The notes under the pieces are model-generated. The model was not told where the DNA came from. It saw nothing but the letters and a program-made list of their open reading frames with translations, and did no database searches. A stretch of 64,000 bases of DNA from Sedimentibacter sp. (GTDB lineage Bacteria > Bacillota > Clostridia > Tissierellales > Sedimentibacteraceae). The stretch is taken from contig JAHDLA010000010.1 of assembly GCA_018436705.1 (NCBI GenBank), positions 8,075 to 72,074 on the forward strand, read 5' to 3'. Both the position numbers and the translations under genes were made by a program. This document shows, piece by piece, positions 47,450-58,223 of the stretch (the first letter of the stretch is position 1; the number at the start of each line of letters is the position of its first letter).

Positions 47450-47782
47450 CTAAATCTTCTCAAATCGCTCAATATTTGTTACAAAAACAACCGCTCCTCC
47501 AACTGTTACTTCGATTGTTTGAGGCAAATATCCTCCTACTGTGCTAAATGAACTGGGAGGTATAGCTGCCGTAATTTTCTTTTTTGATTTGCATATTTTT
47601 CTGATTATCTCTATTTCCTCATCAACCTTGTCATCTTCAACCAACGAAATTATTGTTGTATTTCCGGAGCTTAAAAAGCCACCGGTTGACGACATCTTTG
47701 TGGATGAAAAACCATTTTCTCTCAATGCTGATATCAGTTTATTGGCATCATCATTTTGAACTATGGCAGTTATTGACTTCAT
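47450..47782 (-). CDS. darA: Cyclic-di-AMP receptor (PII-like DarA/PstA/YaaQ)
   Basis: 'AIVQNDDA', 'STGGFLSSGNTT', 'VGGAVVFV'. Confidence 0.9.
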   Translation of the reverse strand: MKSITAIVQNDDANKLISALRENGFSSTKMSSTGGFLSSGNTTIISLVEDDKVDEEIEIIRKICKSKKKITAAIPPSSFSTVGGYLPQTIEVTVGGAVVFVTNIERFEKI

Positions 47783-47793
47783 AACAATTCCTC

Positions 47794-48405
47794 CTATATT
47801 GAATTTATTATTTCTTTTATATCTCTAAAAATTTCATTAATAGTCCGTTCAGCGTTAATTGTTTTAATTTCAGGGAAGAGAGGCTTAAGTTTGCCATATC
47901 CTCTGTATACTTTTTCATGGAATGAAATATCTTCATTCTCAAGTCTGTCTCCTCCGTTAATACGCCTTTTCCTTCTCAAACCCTTCTCAGGATTTACATC
48001 CAAAAACAACACTTTATCAGGTACAAGTCCTGCAATGGCAAAGTCATTGATTTTTTTCACTTCTTCAATTCCGATGCCTCTTCCAATCCCCTGGTAAACA
48101 AGGCTGGAATAAACGTATCTTTCGCTTATTACAATTTTACCTTCTTCAAGCCATGGCTTTATTTTTTCGGCAACCAGTTGTGCTCTTGCCGCAGCGTAAA
48201 GAAGAGCTTCTGTTCTGTAATCCATTTCTGTATTATTGTTATCCAGAATTATGCTTCTTACCTTTTCGCCTATTTCAGTTCCGCCAGGTTCTCTGGTAAA
48301 TTCTATTTCTCTTCCATTTCCCCTGTAGTACTCACCTATTTTTTTTGCCATTGTACTTTTGCCTGAACCGTCCGGGCCTTCTAATACTATAAATATTCCT
48401 TTCAT
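47794..48405 (-). CDS. tmk: Thymidylate kinase
   Basis: 'EGPDGSGKST', 'TREPGGT', 'SSLVYQG', 'DRLE'. Confidence 0.97.
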   Translation of the reverse strand: MKGIFIVLEGPDGSGKSTMAKKIGEYYRGNGREIEFTREPGGTEIGEKVRSIILDNNNTEMDYRTEALLYAAARAQLVAEKIKPWLEEGKIVISERYVYSSLVYQGIGRGIGIEEVKKINDFAIAGLVPDKVLFLDVNPEKGLRRKRRINGGDRLENEDISFHEKVYRGYGKLKPLFPEIKTINAERTINEIFRDIKEIINSI

Positions 48406-49832
48406 TTAACAACTCTCACTTGATAATTTTTGTCAACACCGTTAACATTAATGCTGTTTTCAAGCATGACTTTTACATAATCAACGGTGTCCTGTATAAT
48501 TATTTCACCCGGGCAAACCAAAGGAATTCCCGGAGGATAAGGTATTATGAATTCAGCAGCAGTTCTCCCTATTGCATCATCCATATTTACCAGCTCGTTA
48601 ACAGCATAAAAAGCCTTACGCATTTTTCTTTCGTGCTGCAACTGCGGGAAAGGTTCTATTTCAATGATTTCTCTCTTTTCCTTGCTCTTGCTTTCTTCAA
48701 GATAAATTTCCTTAACCGCGTCAAACAGTCTATCTATATCTACAATTTCATCAGTTGCCGTAATATATCCTACAGTATATTGCAAGTCTGCAAATTCCAT
48801 CTGAATCTTATACTTATATCTAAGAATCTCTTGCAGCTCTGTACCTGTTATACCTAGTTCACTCATGCTGATTACGGCTCTCGTAGCGTCAAAATCATAA
48901 CATCCTTCACCTATGAGAAAATCATCTTCTAACACATTGATTCCCATATTTCTTAGCTCCAGGGTCCTTCTCTTAAACACCTCGATATTTCTTTTTAGTC
49001 TTTCTTCCCCATGCTGATTCATCCAGTGCACAGCATTTTCTATTGATGCCATGAGCACATACGAAGGAGAAGTAGTTTGAAGCATTCTAAGCATTGACTC
49101 AATATTGCTCGTATCTACTCTGTCAGAACATACGTGTAAAATCGACCCTTGTGTTAAACACGGAAGTGTTTTATGTGTGCTTTGTGTAACAATGTCAGCT
49201 CCTGAACTTTCAGCTGACGGCGGAAGCATATCCTTGCAAAAATGCAAGTGTGATCCATGAGCTTCATCAATCATAAGGATTTTACCATACTTGTGAACTA
49301 TTTCAGCTGCTTTTTTAATATCAAAGCAAATACCGTAAAATGTAGGGTATGTTAATACTACCATCTTTACATCCGGATTATCAGCCAGCATTTGTTCCAG
49401 TTTTTCCAAGCTGATGCTGAAATTCAAGCCATGTTTCTTATTAAATTCCGGATATAAATAATATAACTTTAAATCTCCTAATATACAAGCATTATAAACG
49501 GATTTGTGACAGTCTCGCTGCACAATTATCTTATCTCCGGGGTTAGTACATGCCATTATGGCCGATATAATTCCACAGGATGTCCCGTTAACGACCATGT
49601 ATGATTTTTTAGAGCCATAGGATTCCGATATATAATCCAAGGCATCTTTCAAAAAACCTGTCGGGTAATGTAAATTATCTGTACCTAAAGTTTCTGTGAT
49701 GTCATAAAAATTAAGCCTGTTTCCTATCTCGTTCAATATACCGTCTTTACCCTTGTGACCCGGCATATGAAAATTTGTATCTACCTCGCTTCGATACTGC
49801 TGGATCCCCGAAATAATATTAAGTTTCTTCAT
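48402..49832 (-). CDS. Orn/Lys/Arg decarboxylase (YaaO-like, PLP)
   Basis: 'FHMPGHK', 'VNGTS', 'DEAHG', 'QSTHKTL', 'PYPPGIP'. Confidence 0.92.
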   Translation of the reverse strand: MKKLNIISGIQQYRSEVDTNFHMPGHKGKDGILNEIGNRLNFYDITETLGTDNLHYPTGFLKDALDYISESYGSKKSYMVVNGTSCGIISAIMACTNPGDKIIVQRDCHKSVYNACILGDLKLYYLYPEFNKKHGLNFSISLEKLEQMLADNPDVKMVVLTYPTFYGICFDIKKAAEIVHKYGKILMIDEAHGSHLHFCKDMLPPSAESSGADIVTQSTHKTLPCLTQGSILHVCSDRVDTSNIESMLRMLQTTSPSYVLMASIENAVHWMNQHGEERLKRNIEVFKRRTLELRNMGINVLEDDFLIGEGCYDFDATRAVISMSELGITGTELQEILRYKYKIQMEFADLQYTVGYITATDEIVDIDRLFDAVKEIYLEESKSKEKREIIEIEPFPQLQHERKMRKAFYAVNELVNMDDAIGRTAAEFIIPYPPGIPLVCPGEIIIQDTVDYVKVMLENSINVNGVDKNYQVRVVK

Positions 49833-49939
49833 TGTTTATCTCCCGTTAAATATTGATACTTGAATAAATCAGAACTATGTTCCTGATTCATTATTGTATA
49901 TTGGGATTAGTACTCATCTCCTTTTTCATAATATTGCTG

Positions 49940-50071
49940 TCATTTAATAGTATTGTTATTTCTTTTTCTTGCAATGCTTTTAGTGGTGTGCACGGTCTCT
50001 ACAACCAGCACAACCATTATTGATAATATCATGGCTACGATAGAAAAAAGAACAATGTATTCAATCCACAT
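49940..50071 (-). CDS. Small single-pass membrane protein (43 aa)
   Basis: MWIEYIVLFSIVAMILSIMVVLVVETVHTTKSIARKRNNNTIK; GAGGG RBS; hydrophobic helix followed by a basic tail. Confidence 0.55.
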   Translation of the reverse strand: MWIEYIVLFSIVAMILSIMVVLVVETVHTTKSIARKRNNNTIK

Positions 50072-50308
50072 AATGCACCCTCTGTTATAATAATAAAAAC
50101 GCTGTGAGTATCTTACAAAAAAGCCAATGAGTACCTTTTTTTAATAACAAGGACGTCCTGCCCTTTGCATTTTTCCTTTTATATACACCATAGTATATAA
50201 AAATTAATAAGCGTTAATTCTATTATATAACAGCAACAATTTCTTGTCCAACAAAACTTCTTTATGCATTAAAATATCTTCAAATTTTAAGTATAAATGT
50301 ATTATTTG

Positions 50309-50578
50309 CTAAATCAGAAATTTTAGCAGCAATAATGCAATAAAACCGGGTATTCCTAAAATTCCCAGCATCAATGCGGTAAATATGTTCACTCCTATAA
50401 ATATCCCCGTGAATTTTCCGAAAAAATTAAATATTATCAAAAACAATGCACCTAAAAATGAATTTAATATCAATCTGCCTAAAATTTTGAACGGTTTCAC
50501 AAAAATCCATGATAACATAAAGATTAACATGACTCCGGCTGAATATGCCAGAACAATTCCTACATCTGCTATTCCCAC
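50309..50578 (-). CDS. bofA: Pro-sigmaK processing inhibitor BofA family
   Basis: 'KPFK...LN...G.LFL...N....I.VN.FTAL..GILGIPG' pattern; usual position near yaaO/tmk. Confidence 0.85.
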   Translation of the reverse strand: MGIADVGIVLAYSAGVMLIFMLSWIFVKPFKILGRLILNSFLGALFLIIFNFFGKFTGIFIGVNIFTALMLGILGIPGFIALLLLKFLI

Positions 50579-50912
50579 GAGACAACCTCCTATTTACCTT
50601 TTTCTAAATTTTATGAAGTTGTCCTTGTTTTTATGCTTCATGATAACAAAACATACATTACATTAATGAGGTCCTGTTGTCAATAATTAATTTTAGTTTG
50701 CATTAACTTTTTCGTTGATTTCAATATGCGGCATAGATTTTTTTCGGAATTTTATGCTTAATTCCTCCGATAATTTATCCGTCTTTTCAAGAAATGTTTT
50801 ATTTCTTGCGCCAGAATTATCACCACATAGGTTAAATTTAAAACTTTTTTAGTCTATCAGGTAATAAAAACAAAGCCTTTCGGTTTTTAACCGAAAGGTT
50901 TTGTATTCTATT

Positions 50913-52388
50913 TTAAGAAAAATTAGCCGGATCCTTAAAACTGAACTGGCTTATTAAATCCTGTTTGCAGTTCCAGAGTTCAGGAGAAAGATCCACATAA
51001 TAACTATGAGGGTTAATAAACCTCTTGACTTCATTCCACAAGTTTGAAACCTCTTTCAGACAGTACTCTCTTATCTCATCCAGTGTAGGACTCTTATACA
51101 CACATTCTCCTTTTATAAATATAGGTACCTGAAGGTTTTTTGCATAAAAGTCTTTAATTTTTTTCTTCTTCCATACATGTATTTCATCAAATATGGTATA
51201 GGGCTTTGTATCATCAATAGTTTCATGTGACAGACACACAACATCAGCAATAGGGTTGTTCTTCTTTCTGTCATATAATCTCCAAACTTTCTTATAGCCA
51301 GGATTAGTTATCTTTTCTTCATTTTCAGATAATTTAATTTTAGGAATAATTTGCCCTTCATTCTCTATTGCCACAAGCTTGTATACACAACCAAACACTG
51401 GTTCGGATTTAGCTGTAATAAGTCTTTCTCCCACACCAAAGGAATCAATTTTTGCTCCTTGATCCAGTAAATCGGTTATTATAAACTCATCCAGGCTGTT
51501 TGAAGCAACGACACCGCAATCTGTGAGTCCAGCTTCATCCAGTATTTCTCTGCACTTTTTACTCAAATAAGCAATATCACCTGAATCAATACGTACACCC
51601 TTCAGCCTCTTGCCCATTGGCTCAAGAATTTCTCTTGAAACCTTAATAGCATTTGGAATTCCACTTTTTATAACATTGTATGTGTCTACCAACAACGTAC
51701 AACTATCCGGATAATTCTCCGCATAAGCTTTGAATGATTCGTATTCGCTTTCAAACATTTGAACCCAAGAATGTGCCATTGTCCCAAGTGCCGGAACGCC
51801 AAACATTTCGTCAGCCAGCGTAGTTGCAGTCCCTGCAACGCCTCCAATATATGCGGCTCTGCCTCCATATATAGCGCCATCATATCCTTGACTCCTTCTT
51901 GCTCCAAATTCCATTATGGGCCTGCCCTTAGCAGACCTAACAATTCGGTTTGCTTTTGTTGCTATAAGGCTCTGGTGATTAATTGTCAAAAGCATCATCG
52001 TTTCTATAAGCTGAGCATCTATAGTCTTAGCTCTTACCGTAATCAATGGCTCTCCCGGGAAAACCGGAGTGCCCTCAGGTATTGCATAAATGTCACCTGT
52101 AAACTTAAAGTTTCTCAGGTACTGTAAAAACTCTTCTTTAAATATGCCTTTGCTTCTTAAAAAATCGATATCATCATCAGTAAATTTTAACTCTTTTATA
52201 TATTCTATAACCTGCTCCAGTCCAGCAACTATAGAAAATCCTGCTCCATCAGGATTTTTTCTAAAAAACATATCAAAATATACAATTTCATCTTTCATAC
52301 CACTTGAAAAATATCCATTAGCCATCGTAAGTTCGTAAAAATCCATAAGCATGGATAATTTTCTGTCACTAAAATTATTGTAGTACAT
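50913..52388 (-). CDS. pncB: Nicotinate phosphoribosyltransferase
   Basis: 'DFYELTM', 'EFGARR', 'GTMAHSW', 'LVDTY', 'RIDSGD', 'GVGERL'. Confidence 0.96.
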   Translation of the reverse strand: MYYNNFSDRKLSMLMDFYELTMANGYFSSGMKDEIVYFDMFFRKNPDGAGFSIVAGLEQVIEYIKELKFTDDDIDFLRSKGIFKEEFLQYLRNFKFTGDIYAIPEGTPVFPGEPLITVRAKTIDAQLIETMMLLTINHQSLIATKANRIVRSAKGRPIMEFGARRSQGYDGAIYGGRAAYIGGVAGTATTLADEMFGVPALGTMAHSWVQMFESEYESFKAYAENYPDSCTLLVDTYNVIKSGIPNAIKVSREILEPMGKRLKGVRIDSGDIAYLSKKCREILDEAGLTDCGVVASNSLDEFIITDLLDQGAKIDSFGVGERLITAKSEPVFGCVYKLVAIENEGQIIPKIKLSENEEKITNPGYKKVWRLYDRKKNNPIADVVCLSHETIDDTKPYTIFDEIHVWKKKKIKDFYAKNLQVPIFIKGECVYKSPTLDEIREYCLKEVSNLWNEVKRFINPHSYYVDLSPELWNCKQDLISQFSFKDPANFS

Positions 52389-52401
52389 CAGTATTCTCCT
52401 G

Positions 52402-53040
52402 CTAAATTATTTTTTCTACTATTTCTATTCCACTGTTATGCATATTGTAAAGAGCAAACAGATTCATAAGATATCCATCGTGAGCTCCACCATCATATGT
52501 CTGCACACAATTCATAGGAATTATTACTCTTTTATTTTTATTTATTTCATTAAAATATGATTTTAAGCTTAATGCAAACTGCAAAACACAGATATCAGTA
52601 ACACATCCTGTAATAATATAGTTATCAACTTCTTCTTCATTTTTCGCAAGCCACTCTTTGAATACAGCGCTGTGAAACCCATTTGTGCTATTCTTCTCTG
52701 CATATACAGTTTCAAGTCCCTTGGAATCTTCATTGTCTAGTTCCTGTATCAGAGCAGTTTCCTCAGTTCCGGACACACAATGCGGCGGAAAATATCTAAA
52801 CTCCTGGGAATCATTTTCATGGCTGTCTAAAAAAAATATTTTTTTATAACCACTAGTTTTCTTATTCAACTCTGCAATATTATCTACAATCGATGCTACG
52901 CGGGGCGATGATAATGCTCCTGAATAAACAAATCCTACTACCATATCCACTACAAACAGGGCTGTTTTCTTCTTTTCCAGAGATTCCAACTCCAATGTCG
53001 TCCCTCTTAACTCCTGTTCCATTTTCTTTGCTGCATCCAT
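52402..53040 (-). CDS. pncA: Isochorismatase-family cysteine hydrolase, probable nicotinamidase
   Basis: 'VVDM', 'DSH', 'PPHC', 'KNS', 'GCVTDICV'; adjacent to pncB. Confidence 0.75.
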   Translation of the reverse strand: MDAAKKMEQELRGTTLELESLEKKKTALFVVDMVVGFVYSGALSSPRVASIVDNIAELNKKTSGYKKIFFLDSHENDSQEFRYFPPHCVSGTEETALIQELDNEDSKGLETVYAEKNSTNGFHSAVFKEWLAKNEEEVDNYIITGCVTDICVLQFALSLKSYFNEINKNKRVIIPMNCVQTYDGGAHDGYLMNLFALYNMHNSGIEIVEKII

Positions 53041-53180
53041 AAAATCATCCTCTATAAATTTAATTTTTTTATAATCAACCTATATTATAATTCGATAACT
53101 AAATTTTGTCAAAGTTAATTAATCCTGTAATATATTTTACAAAAATAAAAACCGTGACAGCACGGTTTTTATTTTTACTT

Positions 53181-53987
53181 TTATTTATTTTCTAATATTG
53201 TTAAATCGCCTTGTATTGCTTTTGTAGGACATTTCTGTACGCAGACCATGCAATGTGTACATTTGTCGTAATCAACTTTTGCAAGGTTGTCAACAACGTG
53301 TATGGCATCGAAAGCACAGTTCTTTTCACAGATTTTGCAGCCGATACAGCCTACCTTACACACATCCTTAACCGCTTTTCCGAAGTCCTTATTATTGCAT
53401 CCAACAACGACATTATTCTTGTACGGCACAAATTCTATTACCGATTTCGGACATTCAGCTACACATTTACCGCATGCTGTACATTTTTCTTTATCTATTA
53501 CTGCTATCCCGTCAACTATCTTAATAGCATCAAAGTCACATACGGCCACACAGTTTCCAAATCCTAGGCATCCTCTGCTGCAGGATTTCGGTCCGCCCTG
53601 CACCGCAGCAGCAGCCTTACAGTCTTTTACACCATCATATTCATATTTTTTAACAGCTACGCTGTCACAGCCCTGACACAAAACATGTGCGACCATCTTT
53701 TCTGTTTCTTCTGCCGATGTTCCCATAATAGCAGCTATCTGCTGATGCTTTTCACTGCTTGCCACAGGACAACCATTTACAGGTGCTTTTCCTTCAGCTA
53801 TCGCAGCTGCCATACCGTCACACCCGGGAAAACCGCATGCACCGCAGTTTGCACCAGGAAGAATGTTTCTTATATCAATAATTTTCTGATCAACATCCAC
53901 ATGGAAAATTTTAGAGGCTACTGCCAATAATCCTCCGGATAGGACGCCTAATCCAGCTAATACTCCAATTGCCTTTACTATAACCAT
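53181..53987 (-). CDS. rnfB: Rnf complex subunit B
   Basis: 'LPGANCGACGFPGC' plus multiple ferredoxin motifs. Confidence 0.95.
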   Translation of the reverse strand: MVIVKAIGVLAGLGVLSGGLLAVASKIFHVDVDQKIIDIRNILPGANCGACGFPGCDGMAAAIAEGKAPVNGCPVASSEKHQQIAAIMGTSAEETEKMVAHVLCQGCDSVAVKKYEYDGVKDCKAAAAVQGGPKSCSRGCLGFGNCVAVCDFDAIKIVDGIAVIDKEKCTACGKCVAECPKSVIEFVPYKNNVVVGCNNKDFGKAVKDVCKVGCIGCKICEKNCAFDAIHVVDNLAKVDYDKCTHCMVCVQKCPTKAIQGDLTILENK

Positions 53988-53999
53988 AATCTATTCCTC

Positions 54000-54575
54000 C
54001 TAAAGTTTTAATCCTGAGAATCCAAGGAATGCAATAGACATCAAACCTGCCGCCACTAAAGCAATCGGTGAACCTTTTAAGCAACCAGGAACATCTGCAG
54101 AATCAACTTTTTCTCTGACTCCCGCAAATAATACAATAGCCAATAAAAATCCTACCGATGTACCGATGGAATATATCAATGCCTGAATAAAATTGTACTC
54201 ATATCCAAAGTTATTGATAGCAACACCGAGAACCGCACAGTTTGTTGTGATTAACGGCAAATAAACGCCCAGCGCCTGATATAAACCAGGGCTTGATTTC
54301 TTTAAGAACATTTCAACAAACTGAACCAATGAAGCTATAACCAATATAAAGACTATTGTCTGCAAATATTCAAGTCCAAATCTATCTAAAACAGCTGTTT
54401 GAATAATATAAGTTATTATTGATGACAGAGTTATAACAAATATAACTGCAATCCCCATGCCTGCAGCAGTATCAATTTTTTTGGAAACTCCTAGAAAAGG
54501 ACAAACTCCCAAGAACTGCATAAATATAATGTTATTTACTATAAATGATGAAATAAATATACTAACTAAATCCAT
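54000..54575 (-). CDS. rnfA: Rnf complex subunit A
   Basis: 'FLGVCPFLG', 'LPLITTNCAVLG'. Confidence 0.96.
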   Translation of the reverse strand: MDLVSIFISSFIVNNIIFMQFLGVCPFLGVSKKIDTAAGMGIAVIFVITLSSIITYIIQTAVLDRFGLEYLQTIVFILVIASLVQFVEMFLKKSSPGLYQALGVYLPLITTNCAVLGVAINNFGYEYNFIQALIYSIGTSVGFLLAIVLFAGVREKVDSADVPGCLKGSPIALVAAGLMSIAFLGFSGLKL

Positions 54576-54587
54576 TTAATATACCTC

Positions 54588-55184
54588 CTATGCTTTCTTT
54601 TTTCTTGTCAAGAAGTTAACAAGACCTATTAGCAAGCCTAACGCAATGAACGCTCCAGGAGGCTGAACCATCATCATCATAGGTTCATAACTTTCTCCCA
54701 TAACTTGTATTCCTAACAAAGTACCGTTGCCTATAAGCTCTCTTATAGCACTTAATACAACTACTGCAAATGTATATCCTATACCCATTCCTAAACCATC
54801 TATTATTGAATCAACGATGCCATTTTTAGAAGCAAATGATTCAGCTCTTCCAAGTATAATACAGTTAACAACAATAAGTGGTATAAATACACCAAGGGAC
54901 TTATACAAATCATACGTGTACGCATGCATAAATAAATCTATTATTGTTACAAAAGTTGCTATTACTATTATAAATGCAGGTATACGAACCTCATCGGGTA
55001 TAACTTTTCTTAAAAGTGATATAACAAAGTTTGATCCTATTAATACTACAGTAACGGCAACACCCATACCTATTCCATTCATAACCGATGTGGTTATTGC
55101 AAGTACAGAACACATTCCAAGCAGCTGAACAAAAACAGGGTTTTCTTTAATAAAACCGTTCGTTAATATTTTTCTCTTGTCCAT
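54588..55184 (-). CDS. rnfE: Rnf complex subunit E
   Basis: 'ENPVFVQLLGMC', 'IPLIVVNCIILGRAE', 'PPGAF'. Confidence 0.96.
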   Translation of the reverse strand: MDKRKILTNGFIKENPVFVQLLGMCSVLAITTSVMNGIGMGVAVTVVLIGSNFVISLLRKVIPDEVRIPAFIIVIATFVTIIDLFMHAYTYDLYKSLGVFIPLIVVNCIILGRAESFASKNGIVDSIIDGLGMGIGYTFAVVVLSAIRELIGNGTLLGIQVMGESYEPMMMMVQPPGAFIALGLLIGLVNFLTRKKKA

Positions 55185-55193
55185 CTCTACCTC

Positions 55194-55760
55194 CTATTTA
55201 TTTACATATTGATTATAAACACTGATTGCATTATTCAAGGCGCTTGTAAATGAAACAGAAGATTTTGTAACACCTGTTATTGCGTCATAATCTGTTATTT
55301 CGGCACTTGCGTCTTTTCCGATAAACTGGCTTTGAAATTCAGGTTCTGCTGTTCTTGAACCAAGTCCTGAGGTTTCCTGATGAGCTAAAACGCTCATTCC
55401 AGAAATTTTACCGTCTGCGAAACCTACGAATAATTCCATATCTCCGCCATACCCTGCAACAGTGCTCAATGTTTTTACAACATATCCCATCTGATTGCCG
55501 GAATCATCAACCGCAACATATAAATCTTCAAATTTTGTGTTCTCTGACTTAATTGTTTCAACAACCGCCTGGTCTTCATATGGTTCAAACATTGTAGAAC
55601 CTGGCATAACAGCCTCAAGAACCGTAGGGTCCATGCTTGCCTTTAATTCAGCCTCAGCAATTTTATCCTTTGTAAAATCATTTACAAATGCAAGAACACC
55701 GCCTGCTATGGCGCAGATTAAGCATAATACTCCGCCGAGTTTTAATATATTATTTTTCAT
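55194..55760 (-). CDS. rnfG: Rnf complex subunit G
   Basis: 'GYGG', 'ETSGLG', FMN-attachment-like 'ITGVTKSS'; start moved to ATG 55760 (GGAGG RBS). Confidence 0.92.
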   Translation of the reverse strand: MKNNILKLGGVLCLICAIAGGVLAFVNDFTKDKIAEAELKASMDPTVLEAVMPGSTMFEPYEDQAVVETIKSENTKFEDLYVAVDDSGNQMGYVVKTLSTVAGYGGDMELFVGFADGKISGMSVLAHQETSGLGSRTAEPEFQSQFIGKDASAEITDYDAITGVTKSSVSFTSALNNAISVYNQYVNK

Positions 55761-56697
55761 TTTTACCTCCTGCAACTCCAAATACATTAGGGGTAACGTA
55801 CTTATTAATTAAAGGAGTGATAACATTCATAAGAAGTATTGAATAAGAAACTCCTTCAGGGTATCCGCCGATTTTTCTTATTAAAATCGTAAGAGCACCC
55901 GCTCCTACTGCATAAATAATTTTACCTTTATCTGTAATAGGGCTTGTTGCATAGTCTGTAGCCATAAAGAATGCACCAAGCATCAGTCCGCCTCCGAACA
56001 AATGATACAAAGCCATGCTTCCGCCGTCAAATATCAGTGCTAAAACCGCAACAGTTCCTATATAAAATACAGGGATGATCCATTTAATAGTTCCTCTGTA
56101 TATTAAGTATAAGCCGCCTAGTATTATTAATATTGCTGATGTCTCTCCAATGCAGCCCGGGATGTTTCCAAGAAGCATATCAAAAATTGAAGGTAACTGT
56201 CCTATTGAACCGCCTTTAATCAATGTTAAAGGAGTGGCAGAAGAAACAGCGTCAGTAACAGGATCTATAAATCCGCCTGTCATATGAGTTGACCAAGATG
56301 ACATCAAAAACGCTCTTCCAGCTAATGCCGGGTTTAGTATGTTAAATCCTATTCCTCCAAAAATCTGCTTTACTATTGCAATAGCAAAAACAGAGCCCAT
56401 AACAGGCAACCACCATGGTGCTGATGCGGGTATGTTGAATGCTAATAATATTCCTGTTACAACCGCACTTAAATCACCAATTGAAACCGGTTTTTTCATT
56501 AATTTGTTACATATATATTCTGTTATAACTGCTGATATAACTGAAGCCACCACTAATACAACTGAATTAAATCCAAAATAAAATACACTTGCTACTAATG
56601 CCGGCAGCATTGCAATAATTACGTCCAGCATTAAACCTTGAGTCGTTTCATTCGATCTAATATGAGGTGACGATGAAGCAATTAATTTGTTTTCCAT
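55750..56697 (-). CDS. rnfD: Rnf complex subunit D
   Basis: 'SSPH', 'FGGIGFNILNPAL', 'SSATPL', 'FMATD..TSP', 'GYPEG'. Confidence 0.96.
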   Translation of the reverse strand: MENKLIASSSPHIRSNETTQGLMLDVIIAMLPALVASVFYFGFNSVVLVVASVISAVITEYICNKLMKKPVSIGDLSAVVTGILLAFNIPASAPWWLPVMGSVFAIAIVKQIFGGIGFNILNPALAGRAFLMSSWSTHMTGGFIDPVTDAVSSATPLTLIKGGSIGQLPSIFDMLLGNIPGCIGETSAILIILGGLYLIYRGTIKWIIPVFYIGTVAVLALIFDGGSMALYHLFGGGLMLGAFFMATDYATSPITDKGKIIYAVGAGALTILIRKIGGYPEGVSYSILLMNVITPLINKYVTPNVFGVAGGKNEK

Positions 56698-56709
56698 CTG
56701 TATTTCCTC

Positions 56710-58041
56710 CTATTTTACCTTTCTACGTCTTGCTAAAATTTCTTTTTTTGCAACAGATATAGTTTCTTTCAACGGTCTTTTTGACGGACATACGTAAGAG
56801 CATCCGCCGCATTCTATACAATCTGCAGCATGGAACTCATCAGCAGCATCAAAATTCTTTTGAATAGAATATCTACTGATTTTATATGGCTGAAGGAAAA
56901 CAGGACATGCTTCCAAACATCTTCCGCACATAATACAGTTGGATGGTTCCCCAAGATCTGCCTCTTTTTTGCTGAACGCAAGAATTCCTGAAGTGCCTTT
57001 TATAACGGATACTTCATCTGTAAATTGTGCAAATCCCATCATAGGTCCGCCGCTTATAAGCTTCCCAGGTTCTTCCTTATATCCTCCGCATTGTTCAATT
57101 ACATCTTTGTAAGAAGTACCTATTCTAACATAAAGGTTCTTTGGATTTTGTACTGCATTTCCTGATACAGTAACAACTCTTTGAATCAAAGGCATGCCTG
57201 TTTTAAAAATATTGCCTATTGTAGCAACAGTGCCGACATTTTCAACCACACATCCAACTTCCATAGGAAGTCCGCCTGATGGTACTATCCTTCCTGTTAT
57301 GGCATTAATTATTCTCTTTTCATCTCCCTGAGGGTACTTTATTTCCAAGGGAGCAACTTCTATGCCTTCCTGTCCTTCAACTGCCTTCTGAATTATTTCT
57401 ATTGCGTCAGGTTTGTTCTTTTCAATTCCGATAAAGCATTTATCAACACCAAGAGCCTTCATTATTGCTTTAACACCCAATAATACAAGCTCAGGTTTTT
57501 CAAGCATTATTCTATGGTCGGCAGTTAAATAAGGCTCACATTCTGCGCCGTTAACAAGCAAAACATCAATCGGCTTGTCTTTCGGAGGGCTTAATTTAAT
57601 GTGAGTAGGAAATGTTGCCCCTCCCATACCTGCCATACCGCCTTCTTTGATTATTGATAAGATTTCTTCTTTTGTAAGGTCTTCAATGTTTCCTTTCGGT
57701 TGAACAGATTCATGAACCTCAAAATTGCCGTCTGATTCTATTACAATGCAATTAACTTTAGAACCGTTCGGCACATAATGCTGCTCAAATTTTTTAACTG
57801 TTCCTGATACGCTGGAATGTACCGGTACTGACATAAAGGCTTTTGATTCGCCTATTTTTTGTCCAACTTTTACCGTATCTCCCACAGCAACTAATGGGTC
57901 ACACGGTGCTCCTATATGCTGTGATAAAGGTATAACAACAACTTTAGGATCAACTGCATTCTCAATTGGCACATTTTGTGTTAGCGTCTTGTTTGTGGGT
58001 GGGTGGACTCCGCCCTTAAATGTAAACAATTTTGTGCTCAT
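56710..58041 (-). CDS. rnfC: Rnf complex subunit C
   Basis: 'FKGGVHP', 'GMGGATFPT', 'NGAECEPY', 'GGPMMG', two CxxCxxCxxxCP. Confidence 0.97.
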   Translation of the reverse strand: MSTKLFTFKGGVHPPTNKTLTQNVPIENAVDPKVVVIPLSQHIGAPCDPLVAVGDTVKVGQKIGESKAFMSVPVHSSVSGTVKKFEQHYVPNGSKVNCIVIESDGNFEVHESVQPKGNIEDLTKEEILSIIKEGGMAGMGGATFPTHIKLSPPKDKPIDVLLVNGAECEPYLTADHRIMLEKPELVLLGVKAIMKALGVDKCFIGIEKNKPDAIEIIQKAVEGQEGIEVAPLEIKYPQGDEKRIINAITGRIVPSGGLPMEVGCVVENVGTVATIGNIFKTGMPLIQRVVTVSGNAVQNPKNLYVRIGTSYKDVIEQCGGYKEEPGKLISGGPMMGFAQFTDEVSVIKGTSGILAFSKKEADLGEPSNCIMCGRCLEACPVFLQPYKISRYSIQKNFDAADEFHAADCIECGGCSYVCPSKRPLKETISVAKKEILARRRKVK

Positions 58042-58223
58042 ATTTTCACCTCTTGTTTTAATGTTTTATATAAGTGATATATAAAAGTTATTTAATAATC
58101 AAACACATCGATTATATCAGATAATCGACAACTTTTAAACACCTTTTTTGATTATTTTTTTAATTATTATTTAAATTTCTAATTATTTAAAACAATTATT
58201 ATCGATTTGCTCCGTTTTCATTG

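Noticed and set aside
50690-50830. Short open frame upstream of bofA as yaaL
   Set aside because: No good start or RBS and no recognisable DUF2508 motif.
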